A stretch of DNA of 28,988 bases from a virus (Duplodnaviria > Heunggongvirae > Uroviricota > Caudoviricetes): the IMG/VR virus record IMGVR_UViG_2778261696_000006, one strand, 5' to 3'. Below are positions 7,447 to 16,160 of this stretch, one piece after another (position 1 is the first letter of the stretch; each line of letters opens with the position of its first letter). A model generated the notes under the pieces. That model searched no databases and was not told where the DNA came from. It saw only the letters and a program-made list of their open reading frames with translations. Made by a program: the position numbers and the translations under genes.

Positions 7447-7656
7447 ATGCATCGACTACCAGGTGAAATTCCGCAGCACAAAACTAAATGCATCAAACTG
7501 ATGGCCATCGTTCATCGTCTGCAGCAGATAATGGTCAATGAGAATTTGACACCCGCCGAGCTGGTCGGGTGTGCCGAAATAGTCAGGGATAATTACGGCA
7601 AGCTGGATAGCATCAGCAAGCCGACACATTACTCACCGCCACCACGTCGACCATAG
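7447..7656 (+). CDS. Orphan 69-aa protein flanked by R1/R2 repeats
   Basis: ATG with RBS GAGG about 8 nt upstream; no recognisable motif; lies in the A-to-cos accessory interval. Confidence 0.45.
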   Translation: MHRLPGEIPQHKTKCIKLMAIVHRLQQIMVNENLTPAELVGCAEIVRDNYGKLDSISKPTHYSPPPRRP

Positions 7657-7671
7657 ATAACGCCGCCGGAG

Positions 7672-7733
7672 CTGAAACTCGCTTTCAGGTCTGGCGGGGT
7701 TGAACAACGAGCTACGCGAGGCGTTAGCCCGCC
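7672..7733 (+). repeat. Structured repeat copy R2 (hairpin plus GGCGGGGTTGA...AACGAGC...ACGCGAGGC...CCCGCC)
   Basis: Hairpin CTGAAA-CTCGC-TTTCAG then conserved core; outer GGCGGG/CCCGCC can pair (R1 keeps pairing via a G-U). Confidence 0.6.
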
Positions 7734-7938
7734 CCGTAGAGACCGCTCCAAACCGTCGCACTGAATGCCGGTTTTTTTATGTTATTTTCCCGCGATTTCC
7801 CCGTTTTTTAGCCGTGCATGCATCAGGTGCATGGTTTTGCATGCGTCAGTCTTGCCCCTTCTGTCCGTGCGCCGCCAGAGCTGGCGCGGATCCAGAGTTG
7901 TCATGCAACTGCATTAAAACCGACCCATAAAGCGGGCA

Positions 7939-7957
7939 GGCGTGGCGGGGAAAGCAT
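7939..7957 (+). other. cos: cos cohesive-end site (19-nt, 186-type)
   Basis: GGCGTGGCGGGGAAAGCAT matches the remembered 186 cohesive end (P2: GGCGAGGCGGGGAAAGCAC); the following sequence TGCGCGCCAGCGGTGGTGCG...CGTCGTGACGGCGCT resembles the P2 left end as I recall it; location between A-side accessory genes and 3' end of Q. Confidence 0.65.
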
Positions 7958-8161
7958 TGCGCGCCAGCGGTGGTGCGTATTATTAAAAATTATCGTCTGA
8001 GAACGTCGTGACGGCGCTGTAGTGGCCGGGTGTGATCGTGGGCGCGTGGTGCGTCTGTGGCGTGGTGCTAAAGGATGGGATCAGTTGCACAATTTTACGG
8101 TTTCGCTTTGGCTAATATCCATATTGAGACTTTATGTTCCCCACAACAGTTGGAGGCTTTA

Positions 8162-8386
8162 ATGGATAACTATCATATTACAAAAGATGGCGATAAGTGG
8201 AAGTTGCAAAAAGAGGGCAATGATCGCCCTAGCAAGACCGCGACCACAAAGGCCGAGCTGATTAAAACAACATCTGAGTTTATGTCGAACAAAACAGGCT
8301 CGGTCAAAATTCACAAGGAAGATGGGAAAATTCAGGAAGAACGCACTTATCAGAGAAAAGATGATCCTAAAAAGTCTAAAGGCTAA
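8162..8386 (+). CDS. DUF2188-like small protein (moron between cos and portal gene)
   Basis: 74 aa, RBS GGAGG 5 nt upstream of ATG; motif YHITKDGDKWKLQKEG...KAELIKTTSEF...VKIHKEDGKIQEERTY resembles DUF2188 family from memory. Confidence 0.55.
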   Translation: MDNYHITKDGDKWKLQKEGNDRPSKTATTKAELIKTTSEFMSNKTGSVKIHKEDGKIQEERTYQRKDDPKKSKG

Positions 8387-8392
8387 CATAGC

Positions 8393-8415
8393 AAAAGCCG
8401 CCAAAATGGCGGCTT
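8393..8415. terminator. Stem-loop between convergent genes (possible bidirectional terminator)
   Basis: AAGCCGCC-AAAAT-GGCGGCTT 8-bp stem between DUF2188-like gene (+) and Q (-); no strong U-tract on either strand. Confidence 0.35.
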
Positions 8416-8424
8416 AAAAGGTGA

Positions 8425-9471
8425 TTATTCCGGGTTGTCGAGTGTGTACTCTTTGAACCTGATGACCTCCATACCGAGCCAGTCGTTTACCTCCCTGAAC
8501 CTATCCTGCAGGGGTGACAGCTCATTACGCACAAATACCTTTGCCACCTTCTCAACGTCACCGAGTGAACCGATATTCTCGGGCTTGCCGCCCATGAGCT
8601 GGAACGGCACGCGGTGCGCGTCCATCAGGTCGGCGGCGCTGGCTTTCTTAATGTTGAAAAAGTCATCCTTTGTGGCGACCTCGCTCAGTGGCACGATTTT
8701 GATGCCGTCCGGTTTTCCGCCGGGGGCGTAGAAAAACAGGTTCTTAAAGTTGCCGAGTCCCTTCGAGTTACGCATCGCCTCGCGCAGCGATTCGACGTCG
8801 GTCGCACTTTGCGCCGGGTCAGTCACATACATGATGTAGCCTGCGTGCGCGCCGTTCTGATAATACTTGCGGCGGAACAGCGTCGCGGATTCATTCAGCC
8901 AAGCGGAATTAAGCGCGCTGAGATATTCCGGCAGACCGTAAATCTCCTGATTAATGTCGGGCTCCAGCAGGTGAAACACGGTATCAGGCGCGAACTCGTG
9001 CGGCTGGGTGAAGTTTTCCACAAACCAGAAAATCGAATCGTCGACTCCGCGTCGGGTGTATTTGGCTGGCGAGGCCAGCAGTTTGATTAACTGGCCGGTG
9101 ACGCTGTGGCGCTGCTCAAGAAAGGCGTTACCGAATACCAGATAATCGAGCGCAAAGCGGCTGAAATCCTGACGGGATAACAACGGGTGCGGAATGTAGG
9201 TGCTCGCGAGCACGTTACGCTTAACATAAATTGGCGAGCTGTGATGCACGGCAGAGCGCAGGCTCTTTGCCAGCCCTGAGAAGCTGACCGGCGGCTCGTA
9301 CCATTTGCCGTTACTGATGCACTCGACGTAATCCAGAATGTCGCGCTTATCGAGTACCGGCACCGGCTCGCCGAAGGTGAACGCTGTCGTTTTTGGCGGT
9401 GCGCTGGCGGTCAGTTGTTGTGGTTTGCTGGCCTTTTGTGCGTTGGCTTTACGGGATTTTTGTTTACCCAT
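8425..9471 (-). CDS. Q: Portal protein (P2 gpQ)
   Basis: 348 aa, size and position match P2 Q; stop/start overlap with P upstream on same strand. Confidence 0.9.
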   Translation of the reverse strand: MGKQKSRKANAQKASKPQQLTASAPPKTTAFTFGEPVPVLDKRDILDYVECISNGKWYEPPVSFSGLAKSLRSAVHHSSPIYVKRNVLASTYIPHPLLSRQDFSRFALDYLVFGNAFLEQRHSVTGQLIKLLASPAKYTRRGVDDSIFWFVENFTQPHEFAPDTVFHLLEPDINQEIYGLPEYLSALNSAWLNESATLFRRKYYQNGAHAGYIMYVTDPAQSATDVESLREAMRNSKGLGNFKNLFFYAPGGKPDGIKIVPLSEVATKDDFFNIKKASAADLMDAHRVPFQLMGGKPENIGSLGDVEKVAKVFVRNELSPLQDRFREVNDWLGMEVIRFKEYTLDNPE

Positions 9472-9472
9472 T

Positions 9473-11242
9473 TTAGTTGAACTCCAGAATAGATTTAGGC
9501 TGCATGCCGCTACCGGCAGAAAGCGGTTCGTTTAACAGGGCGTGCATGGTCGCCCATGCGATATCGGCGTGGCTGGCTTCCTCGGTGCGGCTGGCCTCAT
9601 AGGTAGCGCTGCGCCCGCTGCTGGTCATGGTTTTGCGGATGGACATAAACGACTGCGTGACGTCGGTTGCTCCGGCGTCGTACTCCAGACAGCCACGGCG
9701 AATGGTGTCTTTCGCCTTGAGTACCATTGCGGTTTTCATTTCAGGTGTGTAACGGATGCCGCGTGCCGCCGGGTAAAATGAGCGCACCAGCTGGAACACG
9801 CCGAGACCGAGGCCGGTTGCGTCAATGCCGATGTATTCGACGTTGTATTTCTCGGTCAGCTTGCGGATGCCCTCTGCCTGTGCTGCAAAATCCATACCCT
9901 TCCACTGGTGGCGCTCCAGCATGCGGAACTTGCCACCAGAGACCACCGGCGGCGCGAGCACGACGCACCCGGCACTGTCGCCGGTGTGTGACGGGTCGTA
10001 GCCTATCCAGACAGGACGAGAGCCGAACGGATGGTCGGCGAACGGGGCAAAGTCCTCCCATTCCTCCATCACATCGACCATGCAGCGCTGCAGCTCCTCG
10101 AACGGGAATACCGACGCTTTATCGTCGACAAACTCGCACATAAACAGGTTCTTAAAGTCCTCATCACTGTTTTCGCGTTTGAGCTGGTCGAGGTCGAACA
10201 GGGTGCAGCCACCCGCAAGGGCGTCCTCAATGGTGACAATCTGCCGCCACTGGCCATCGTCGCAGAGCTGGCCACCGGCGAGCGCGCTGTGACTGATGTC
10301 GATTTCGATGCGGTCGGCAATCCGGCTGCGCCCCTTGTTGAACAGCTCGCCAGACCAGAAGGGGTAAGCGCCGTGCGCCAGCGTGGAAGGTGTCGAAAAA
10401 TAGGTCGAGCGCAGGTGCTTTTGCGAGGCCATGCCCGAGGCGACTTTGCGCAGTTTCTGAAAATTCGGGATCCAGAATATTTCATCGACATACAGATCGC
10501 CGTTATGGCTCTGCGCGGTGTTGGAATTGGTACCGAGAAAAATCAGTTTTGCGCCGTTGTTACCGATGACAATCGGGTCGCCAGTCAGGTCAACGTCGAC
10601 CAGTCGCGCAAACTGGATGATGTATTCGCGGAACACGTAAGCCTGCGTTTTACTGGCTGATAAAAATATCTGGTTATGGCCGGTTTTGAGTGCGCGCAGC
10701 AGTGCCTCGCGGGAGAAATAGAATGTCGCGCCAATCTGGCGGGATTTGAGAATGTCACGAATACGGTGCTCCAGTCCTGCGCGGTACCACTGCAACTGGT
10801 ACTCGAAAGACTGGTCGAAAAATAATTCCTCTAGTTTATCGATAGCCTCGTCGCTGAAAAAATTCTTTTTCGGCTTTTTGCGCTCCCCTTTGTTGCGGTT
10901 GGCGACGTTGGGGTTAAGGTCGGCTTCGTTGCCGGTCTGGCTGTAGCGGTTGACTCGCGCCAACCGTTCAATCTGCCGTCCGAGCAGGTCAATCTCTTTG
11001 AAATCACCCCCTGTCTTTTGCGGCTTGGCGATGAGCTGAATCAGCCTAGCCTCAAGGCTGCTTTCAACGCGGGAAATCGGCGCGATGCCGTCCCAGCCGT
11101 CGCGCTGCTTCCAGCTCTGCACGGTCGGGCGCTTGACCTGCAGCATTTCGGCAATCTGTGGCACGGAAAAACCCTGCCAGTAAAGCAGCGATGCCTGCCG
11201 TCGCGGGTCATGCAACAAGGTTGTATCGGTGGAAATGGTCAT
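9473..11242 (-). CDS. P: Terminase large (ATPase) subunit (P2 gpP)
   Basis: 589 aa, P2 P-like size and position, divergent from O. Confidence 0.9.
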   Translation of the reverse strand: MTISTDTTLLHDPRRQASLLYWQGFSVPQIAEMLQVKRPTVQSWKQRDGWDGIAPISRVESSLEARLIQLIAKPQKTGGDFKEIDLLGRQIERLARVNRYSQTGNEADLNPNVANRNKGERKKPKKNFFSDEAIDKLEELFFDQSFEYQLQWYRAGLEHRIRDILKSRQIGATFYFSREALLRALKTGHNQIFLSASKTQAYVFREYIIQFARLVDVDLTGDPIVIGNNGAKLIFLGTNSNTAQSHNGDLYVDEIFWIPNFQKLRKVASGMASQKHLRSTYFSTPSTLAHGAYPFWSGELFNKGRSRIADRIEIDISHSALAGGQLCDDGQWRQIVTIEDALAGGCTLFDLDQLKRENSDEDFKNLFMCEFVDDKASVFPFEELQRCMVDVMEEWEDFAPFADHPFGSRPVWIGYDPSHTGDSAGCVVLAPPVVSGGKFRMLERHQWKGMDFAAQAEGIRKLTEKYNVEYIGIDATGLGLGVFQLVRSFYPAARGIRYTPEMKTAMVLKAKDTIRRGCLEYDAGATDVTQSFMSIRKTMTSSGRSATYEASRTEEASHADIAWATMHALLNEPLSAGSGMQPKSILEFN

Positions 11243-11407
11243 TGATGCCTCGCCGTAGTGGATTCAGGGCAAGGCTACTTAATGGCCGTCAGTGATTCGC
11301 TAAGGTGCTGTTGTGTGGGCGGTTGTCCAGTCGTCATTGGTGGTCTGGCGTGTCCTGAGTCTGGAAACTGGCGGTGACCAGTAACCTCAACCTCAGGACT
11401 CCTGACA
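11243..11407. promoter_or_regulatory. Divergent late promoter region (P-Q leftward, O-N-M-L rightward)
   Basis: 165-bp intergenic region between divergent late operons as in P2; no strict TGT-N12-ACA activator motif found by eye. Confidence 0.4.
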
Positions 11408-12262
11408 ATGGCAAAAAAAGTCTCAAAATTCTTTCGCATCGGTGTCGAGGGTGACACCTGCGACGGCCGCATTATCAGCGGCAACGATATTCAGGAAATG
11501 GCCGAATCGTTTGACCCTCGCGTCTACGGTTGCCGCATTAACCTTGAGCATATTCGCGGTCTCTTTCCTGATGGCGACTTCAAACGCTTAGGCGATGTGG
11601 TTGAACTGAAAGCTGAAATAATTGACGACGATTCTGCGCTTAACGGCAAATGGGCGTTGTTCGCCAGAATCACCCCAACCGACGACCTGATTGCGATGAA
11701 TAAAAAATTGCAGAAGGTCTACACCTCAATGGAAATTCAGCCGAATTTTGCCAATACCGGCAAATGCTACCTCGTCGGCCTTGCTGTCACCGATGACCCG
11801 GCGAGCCTCGGCACTGAATACCTCGAATTCTGCCGCAACGCGAAGCACAACCCTCTGCAGCGCTTTAAGGCCAACCATGAAAACGTCTTTTCCGCTGCCA
11901 CGCTGGCCGAATTGGAATTTGAAGACGTTCCCGATACGGTGCTAAACAGCCTGGCAGATAAGGTGAAAGCCATTTTCAGCCGTAAGCAGGTCAGCGACGA
12001 TGCGCGCCTGAATGATGTGCATGAAGCGGTGACCACCGTCAGCGAGCATGTGCAGACCAACCTCACTGCGCAGGATAAGCGTCTTTCCGCTATGGAAGCC
12101 GCGCTTACCACCTTTAAACAGGAACTGACCGGCAAGATTGAAGAAACCAGCCAGGCATTTTCCGCCCTGAAAGCCACCCTCGACAAAACCGAAAGTTTCA
12201 GCCAGCCGCGACGCACGAAAGCCAGCGGCGGCGGTGGCGATGAGCTGCTGACCGACTGCTGA
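11408..12262 (+). CDS. O: Capsid scaffolding protein (P2 gpO)
   Basis: 284 aa, P2 O size and position. Confidence 0.9.
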   Translation: MAKKVSKFFRIGVEGDTCDGRIISGNDIQEMAESFDPRVYGCRINLEHIRGLFPDGDFKRLGDVVELKAEIIDDDSALNGKWALFARITPTDDLIAMNKKLQKVYTSMEIQPNFANTGKCYLVGLAVTDDPASLGTEYLEFCRNAKHNPLQRFKANHENVFSAATLAELEFEDVPDTVLNSLADKVKAIFSRKQVSDDARLNDVHEAVTTVSEHVQTNLTAQDKRLSAMEAALTTFKQELTGKIEETSQAFSALKATLDKTESFSQPRRTKASGGGGDELLTDC

Positions 12263-12338
12263 TAAACCGCAGACCAGAAACCGGGCGGTAACTCCGCCCG
12301 ATGCAGTGACTAACCGATAAATTCAAACAGGAAATACT

Positions 12339-13406
12339 ATGCGCCCGGAAACCCGTTTTAAGTTCAATGCCTATCTGACCCGCGTCGCTGAGCTGAACGG
12401 CATCAGCACTGATGACGTCAGTAAAAAATTCACCGTCGAGCCGTCCGTCACGCAAACGCTGATGAACAAAGTGCAGGAGTCATCCGCGTTTCTGCAGACG
12501 ATTAACATTCTGCCGGTCGCAGAAATGAAGGGTGAGAAAATCGGCGTCGGTGTGACCGGTACTATCGCCAGCACGACCGACACCTCGGGCGATGATGAGC
12601 GTAAGACCGCAGACTTCACCGCGCTTGAGTCCAACAAGTACGAGTGCGACCAGATTAACTTTGACTTCCATCTGAAATATAAAACCCTCGACCTGTGGGC
12701 GCGTTTTCAGGACTTTCAGCGCCGCATCCGTGACGCCATTGTTAAGCGTCAGGCGCTCGATTTCATCATGGCCGGTTTTAACGGTACCACCCGCGCCGCC
12801 ACCTCTGACCGCACCAAAAATCCGATGCTGCAGGATGTAGCCGTCGGCTGGCTGCAGAAATACCGCAACGAAGCCCCGACGCGTGTGATGAGCAATATCA
12901 CCGATGCTGACGGTAAGGTCGTTTCGGCAGTGATTCGCGTCGGTAAAAACGGCGACTATGAGAACCTCGACGCGCTGGTGATGGATGCTACCAACAACCT
13001 GATTGACGAGGTTTATCAGGATGACCCGAAACTCGTTGCCATCGTTGGCCGTAAGCTGCTGGCCGACAAATATTTCCCGCTGGTGAACAAGCCGCAAGAA
13101 AACAGCGAAGCGCTCGCGGCAGATATCATCATCAGCCAGAAGCGAATCGGCAACCTGCCTGCTGTGCGTGTACCGTACTTCCCGGCGAATGCCGTGTTAG
13201 TGACAACGCTGGAAAACCTCTCTATCTATTTCATGGATGAGAGCCACCGCCGCAGCATTGATGAAAACCCGAAAAAAGACCGCGTGGAAAACTACGAGTC
13301 AATGAATATCGACTATGTGGTCGAGGCGTATGCCGCCGGGTGTCTGCTGGAAAACATCACCCTGGGCGATTTCACCGCACCTGCAGCACCGGAAAGCGGA
13401 GAGTAA
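12339..13406 (+). CDS. N: Major capsid protein (P2 gpN)
   Basis: 355 aa, P2 N size and position, RBS AGGAAA. Confidence 0.9.
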   Translation: MRPETRFKFNAYLTRVAELNGISTDDVSKKFTVEPSVTQTLMNKVQESSAFLQTINILPVAEMKGEKIGVGVTGTIASTTDTSGDDERKTADFTALESNKYECDQINFDFHLKYKTLDLWARFQDFQRRIRDAIVKRQALDFIMAGFNGTTRAATSDRTKNPMLQDVAVGWLQKYRNEAPTRVMSNITDADGKVVSAVIRVGKNGDYENLDALVMDATNNLIDEVYQDDPKLVAIVGRKLLADKYFPLVNKPQENSEALAADIIISQKRIGNLPAVRVPYFPANAVLVTTLENLSIYFMDESHRRSIDENPKKDRVENYESMNIDYVVEAYAAGCLLENITLGDFTAPAAPESGE

Positions 13407-13410
13407 GCCC

Positions 13411-14160
13411 ATGACGAGCCCCGCACAGCGTCACATGATGCGGGTCTCGGCCTCTCAAGCCGCGCAGCGGGAACAAGCCCCGCTGCGCCATGCAACCGCC
13501 TACGAGCAGATGCTGGTAAAGCTGGCCGATGACCGCCGCACGTTGAAAACCATCCGTTCAAACGAACTGAAAGCCGCGAAAAAGCGTGAGCTGCTGCCGT
13601 TCTATGCGCCGTGGGTCGCCGGTGTGCTGGCTGATGGCCGTGGTGCGCAGGATGACATTCTGATGACCGTCATGCTGTGGCGTCTCGATGCCGGTGATAT
13701 CGCTGGCGCGCTGGAAATTGCGCCATACGCGCTGAAGTACGGCCTCACCTCTGACTATCGCCGCACGACACCTTACATGCTGATTGAGGAGGTGGCGCTT
13801 GCCGCGCTGCGCCTGCGCGATGCCGGTGAGCCTGTCGACCTCGCATTACTGCTGACCACCCTTAGCCTGACCGACGGCGCTGACGTTCCCGATATGGTGC
13901 GCGCTCGACTGCATAAGGTGACCGGTCTAACCCTGCGCGATGCCGGTCAGAGCGCCGAAGCGCTGGCACAGTTTCAGCGCGCGATGCAGCTCGACCGCAA
14001 TGCCGGTGTGCGCAAAGAGATTGAGCGACTGGAGCGCGCATTGAAGCCAAAGCCAGAGGCAGCATCCCGTAAAACGACTAAACCGCGCACGCGCAAACCT
14101 GCCAACAAACCGGCGGCAAAGCGCGGGCGTCCACCAAAGGCGGTAAAAACCGCCGGTTAA
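13411..14160 (+). CDS. M: Terminase small (endonuclease) subunit (P2 gpM)
   Basis: Track ORF trimmed to ATG 13411 (MTSPAQRHMMRVSA...), matches remembered P2 M N-terminus. Confidence 0.9.
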   Translation: MTSPAQRHMMRVSASQAAQREQAPLRHATAYEQMLVKLADDRRTLKTIRSNELKAAKKRELLPFYAPWVAGVLADGRGAQDDILMTVMLWRLDAGDIAGALEIAPYALKYGLTSDYRRTTPYMLIEEVALAALRLRDAGEPVDLALLLTTLSLTDGADVPDMVRARLHKVTGLTLRDAGQSAEALAQFQRAMQLDRNAGVRKEIERLERALKPKPEAASRKTTKPRTRKPANKPAAKRGRPPKAVKTAG

Positions 14161-14253
14161 CTGAACGCTCCCCGAGCCGGGCGGCACGCCGGTCAAAGCG
14201 GGTTTTGACCCTGACGGCGACCGGCGTCCACCGCCCAACCTAATGAGGTTGTC

Positions 14254-14763
14254 ATGACGACAGTAATACTGAATCAGCCCGACGAACCGCAGGACGTACC
14301 GGGCGTGGTGATTCCCGCACCGGAGACGGGCGACGCAGTGATTAAAAACACGTTCTTTTTCCCTGATGTGGATCCGAAGCGGGTGCGCGAACTGATGCGC
14401 CTTGAGCAGACGGTTTCCGATGCGCGCCTGCGCAACGCCATCAAGACCGGTATAGCGGAAACCAATGCGGAGCTTTACGACTACCGGCTGCGCCAGATTG
14501 CCGCAGGGTTTAAGACACTGGCCGACGTGCCTGACGCCGAGGAAATCGACGGCGAGAATGTGCGCGTTTTCCACTACCTCAGCGCCGTGACGGCGATGGC
14601 GACCGCCACCCTGTATGAGCGTTATCGCGGGGTTGAGGCCACCGGCAAGGGTGACAAAAAAGCCGACAGCGTCGAAACCACCATTGATGACCTGTGGCGG
14701 GATATGCGCTGGTCGGTCTCGCGCCTGCAGGATAAGCCGCGCTGCATCGTGGGTCAGCTCTGA
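14254..14763 (+). CDS. L: Head completion/stabilization protein (P2 gpL)
   Basis: 169 aa, P2 L size and position. Confidence 0.85.
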   Translation: MTTVILNQPDEPQDVPGVVIPAPETGDAVIKNTFFFPDVDPKRVRELMRLEQTVSDARLRNAIKTGIAETNAELYDYRLRQIAAGFKTLADVPDAEEIDGENVRVFHYLSAVTAMATATLYERYRGVEATGKGDKKADSVETTIDDLWRDMRWSVSRLQDKPRCIVGQL

Positions 14764-14966
14764 TGAAAGTCTACGCGATGCAGGGCGACACCATCGACGC
14801 GCTTTGCGCCCGGTATTACGGGCGCACTGAGGGCGTGGTCGAGGCGGTGCTGCAGGCTAATCCCGGTCTGTCTGAGCTGGGCGTCATTCTGCCGCATGGC
14901 ACGGCAATTGACCTGCCCGACGTGGCATCGTCACCCGTAACAGAAACTATCAACCTTTGGGAGTAA
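14763..14966 (+). CDS. X: Tail protein X (P2 gpX)
   Basis: 67 aa, P2 X size and position, ATGA overlap with L. Confidence 0.85.
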   Translation: MKVYAMQGDTIDALCARYYGRTEGVVEAVLQANPGLSELGVILPHGTAIDLPDVASSPVTETINLWE

Positions 14967-14969
14967 ACC

Positions 14970-15266
14970 ATGACAGAAGGGGAAAAAGGCGTCCTGTCAC
15001 TGTTTGTGATTGGCGTGATGATTGTTGTCGGAAAAGTGCTGGCGGGTGGTGAGCCCATTACCCCGCGCCTGTTTATCGGCCGCATGCTGCTCGGCGGTTT
15101 TGTTTCAATGGTCGCCGGTGTTGTTCTGGTGCAGTTTCCAGATATGTCACTGCCTGCCGTTTGTGGGATTGGATCCATGCTCGGCATTGCAGGTTATCAG
15201 GTGGTGGAAATCGCCATTCAGCGCCGCTTTAAGTCACAACAGGGGGATAGCGATGCCGGTCATTAA
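14970..15266 (+). CDS. Y: Holin (P2 gpY)
   Basis: 98 aa with hydrophobic transmembrane segments and charged C-terminus; precedes endolysin. Confidence 0.8.
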   Translation: MTEGEKGVLSLFVIGVMIVVGKVLAGGEPITPRLFIGRMLLGGFVSMVAGVVLVQFPDMSLPAVCGIGSMLGIAGYQVVEIAIQRRFKSQQGDSDAGH

Positions 15267-15750
15267 TACTCACCAGAATATCGCCGCGTTTCTGGACATG
15301 CTGGCCTATTCCGAAGGGACGGCGATGCATCCGCTGACGAAAAATCGTGGTTACGACGTCATTGTCACTGGCATTGATGGCAAGCCGGAAATTTTCACCG
15401 ACTACACCGACCACCCTTTCGCACATGGCAGACCAGCGAAAGTGTTTAATCGACGCGGCGAAAAATCCACGGCATCAGGGCGTTACCAGCAGCTTTATCT
15501 CTACTGGCCGCACTATCAGAAACAGCTCGCATTGCCTGATTTCAGCCCGTTGTCGCAGGACAAACTTGCGATTCAGTTAATCCGGGAGCGCGGTGCCATT
15601 GAGGATATTAAAGCGGGGCGTATTGAGCGAGCAATTTCACGTTGCCGCAATATATGGGCGTCGCTGCCGGGTGCAGGTTACGGCCAGCGTGAGCACAGCC
15701 TCGACAAACTGGTCACTGTGTGGCGCACGGCTGGCGGGGTGATGGCATGA
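15253..15750 (+). CDS. K: Endolysin, lysozyme (P2 gpK)
   Basis: Track ORF trimmed to ATG 15253 (MPVINTHQ...), 165 aa as P2 K; RBS GGGGGA. Confidence 0.85.
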   Translation: MPVINTHQNIAAFLDMLAYSEGTAMHPLTKNRGYDVIVTGIDGKPEIFTDYTDHPFAHGRPAKVFNRRGEKSTASGRYQQLYLYWPHYQKQLALPDFSPLSQDKLAIQLIRERGAIEDIKAGRIERAISRCRNIWASLPGAGYGQREHSLDKLVTVWRTAGGVMA

Positions 15751-16160
15751 AAATCCTGATAACGCTGCTGGTGCTGGCCGTGCTCGGGCTGCTGTGGTTG
15801 CGCCATGAGAACGGCAATTTATCCCGCTCCTTTGAGACGGCAAACCGCGTCGCAAGCGAACAAAAGACGACGATTGGCATGCTGAAAAATCAGCTCAGTG
15901 TTGCCGGTCAGCTTGCCAGACGTAATGAATCTGCGCAGGTGGCACTGCGTGAACAGCTCGCAAAGGCCAGCGAGGAAGCCAGCCGCCGCGAGCAATCAAT
16001 AACGAGGTTACTTAATGAAAATGAAGCCTTTCGCCGCTGGTATAACGCTGCTTTACCTGATGTTGTGCGTCGGTTGCACATCCGCACCGCCTGCGCCAGC
16101 GCCGGTGATTGTGGTCAACGGATGCCCGAGAGTGAGCCTTTGCCCGATGCCGGGAAGTGA
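15747..16160 (+). CDS. lysB: Rz-like i-spanin (P2 LysB-like)
   Basis: Start ATG 15747 overlapping K stop; single N-terminal TM segment then charged, probably coiled-coil, periplasmic domain. Confidence 0.7.
   Translation: MKILITLLVLAVLGLLWLRHENGNLSRSFETANRVASEQKTTIGMLKNQLSVAGQLARRNESAQVALREQLAKASEEASRREQSITRLLNENEAFRRWYNAALPDVVRRLHIRTACASAGDCGQRMPESEPLPDAGK

Noticed and set aside
7700-7930. 76-aa Cys-rich ORF between the 69-aa ORF and cos
   Set aside because: Starts inside repeat R2 and covers the palindromes flanking cos; no RBS; the region is more plausibly non-coding packaging sequence.
7261-8160. CRISPR array or retron-type non-coding RNA in the accessory interval
   Set aside because: Only two repeat copies about 400 bp apart with no regular short spacer periodicity, and no reverse transcriptase or cas-like ORF anywhere nearby.
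8075-8161. Upstream ATG extending the DUF2188-like ORF to 103 aa
   Set aside because: The Shine-Dalgarno-like AAGG is immediately adjacent to that ATG, whereas ATG 8162 has GGAGG at ideal spacing and yields the typical about 75-aa length.
11243-11407. Canonical P2 late-promoter activator motif TGT-N12-ACA in the P/O divergent region
   Set aside because: Searched by eye and found no exact match; the region is kept as a late promoter region on positional grounds only, without a called activator site.
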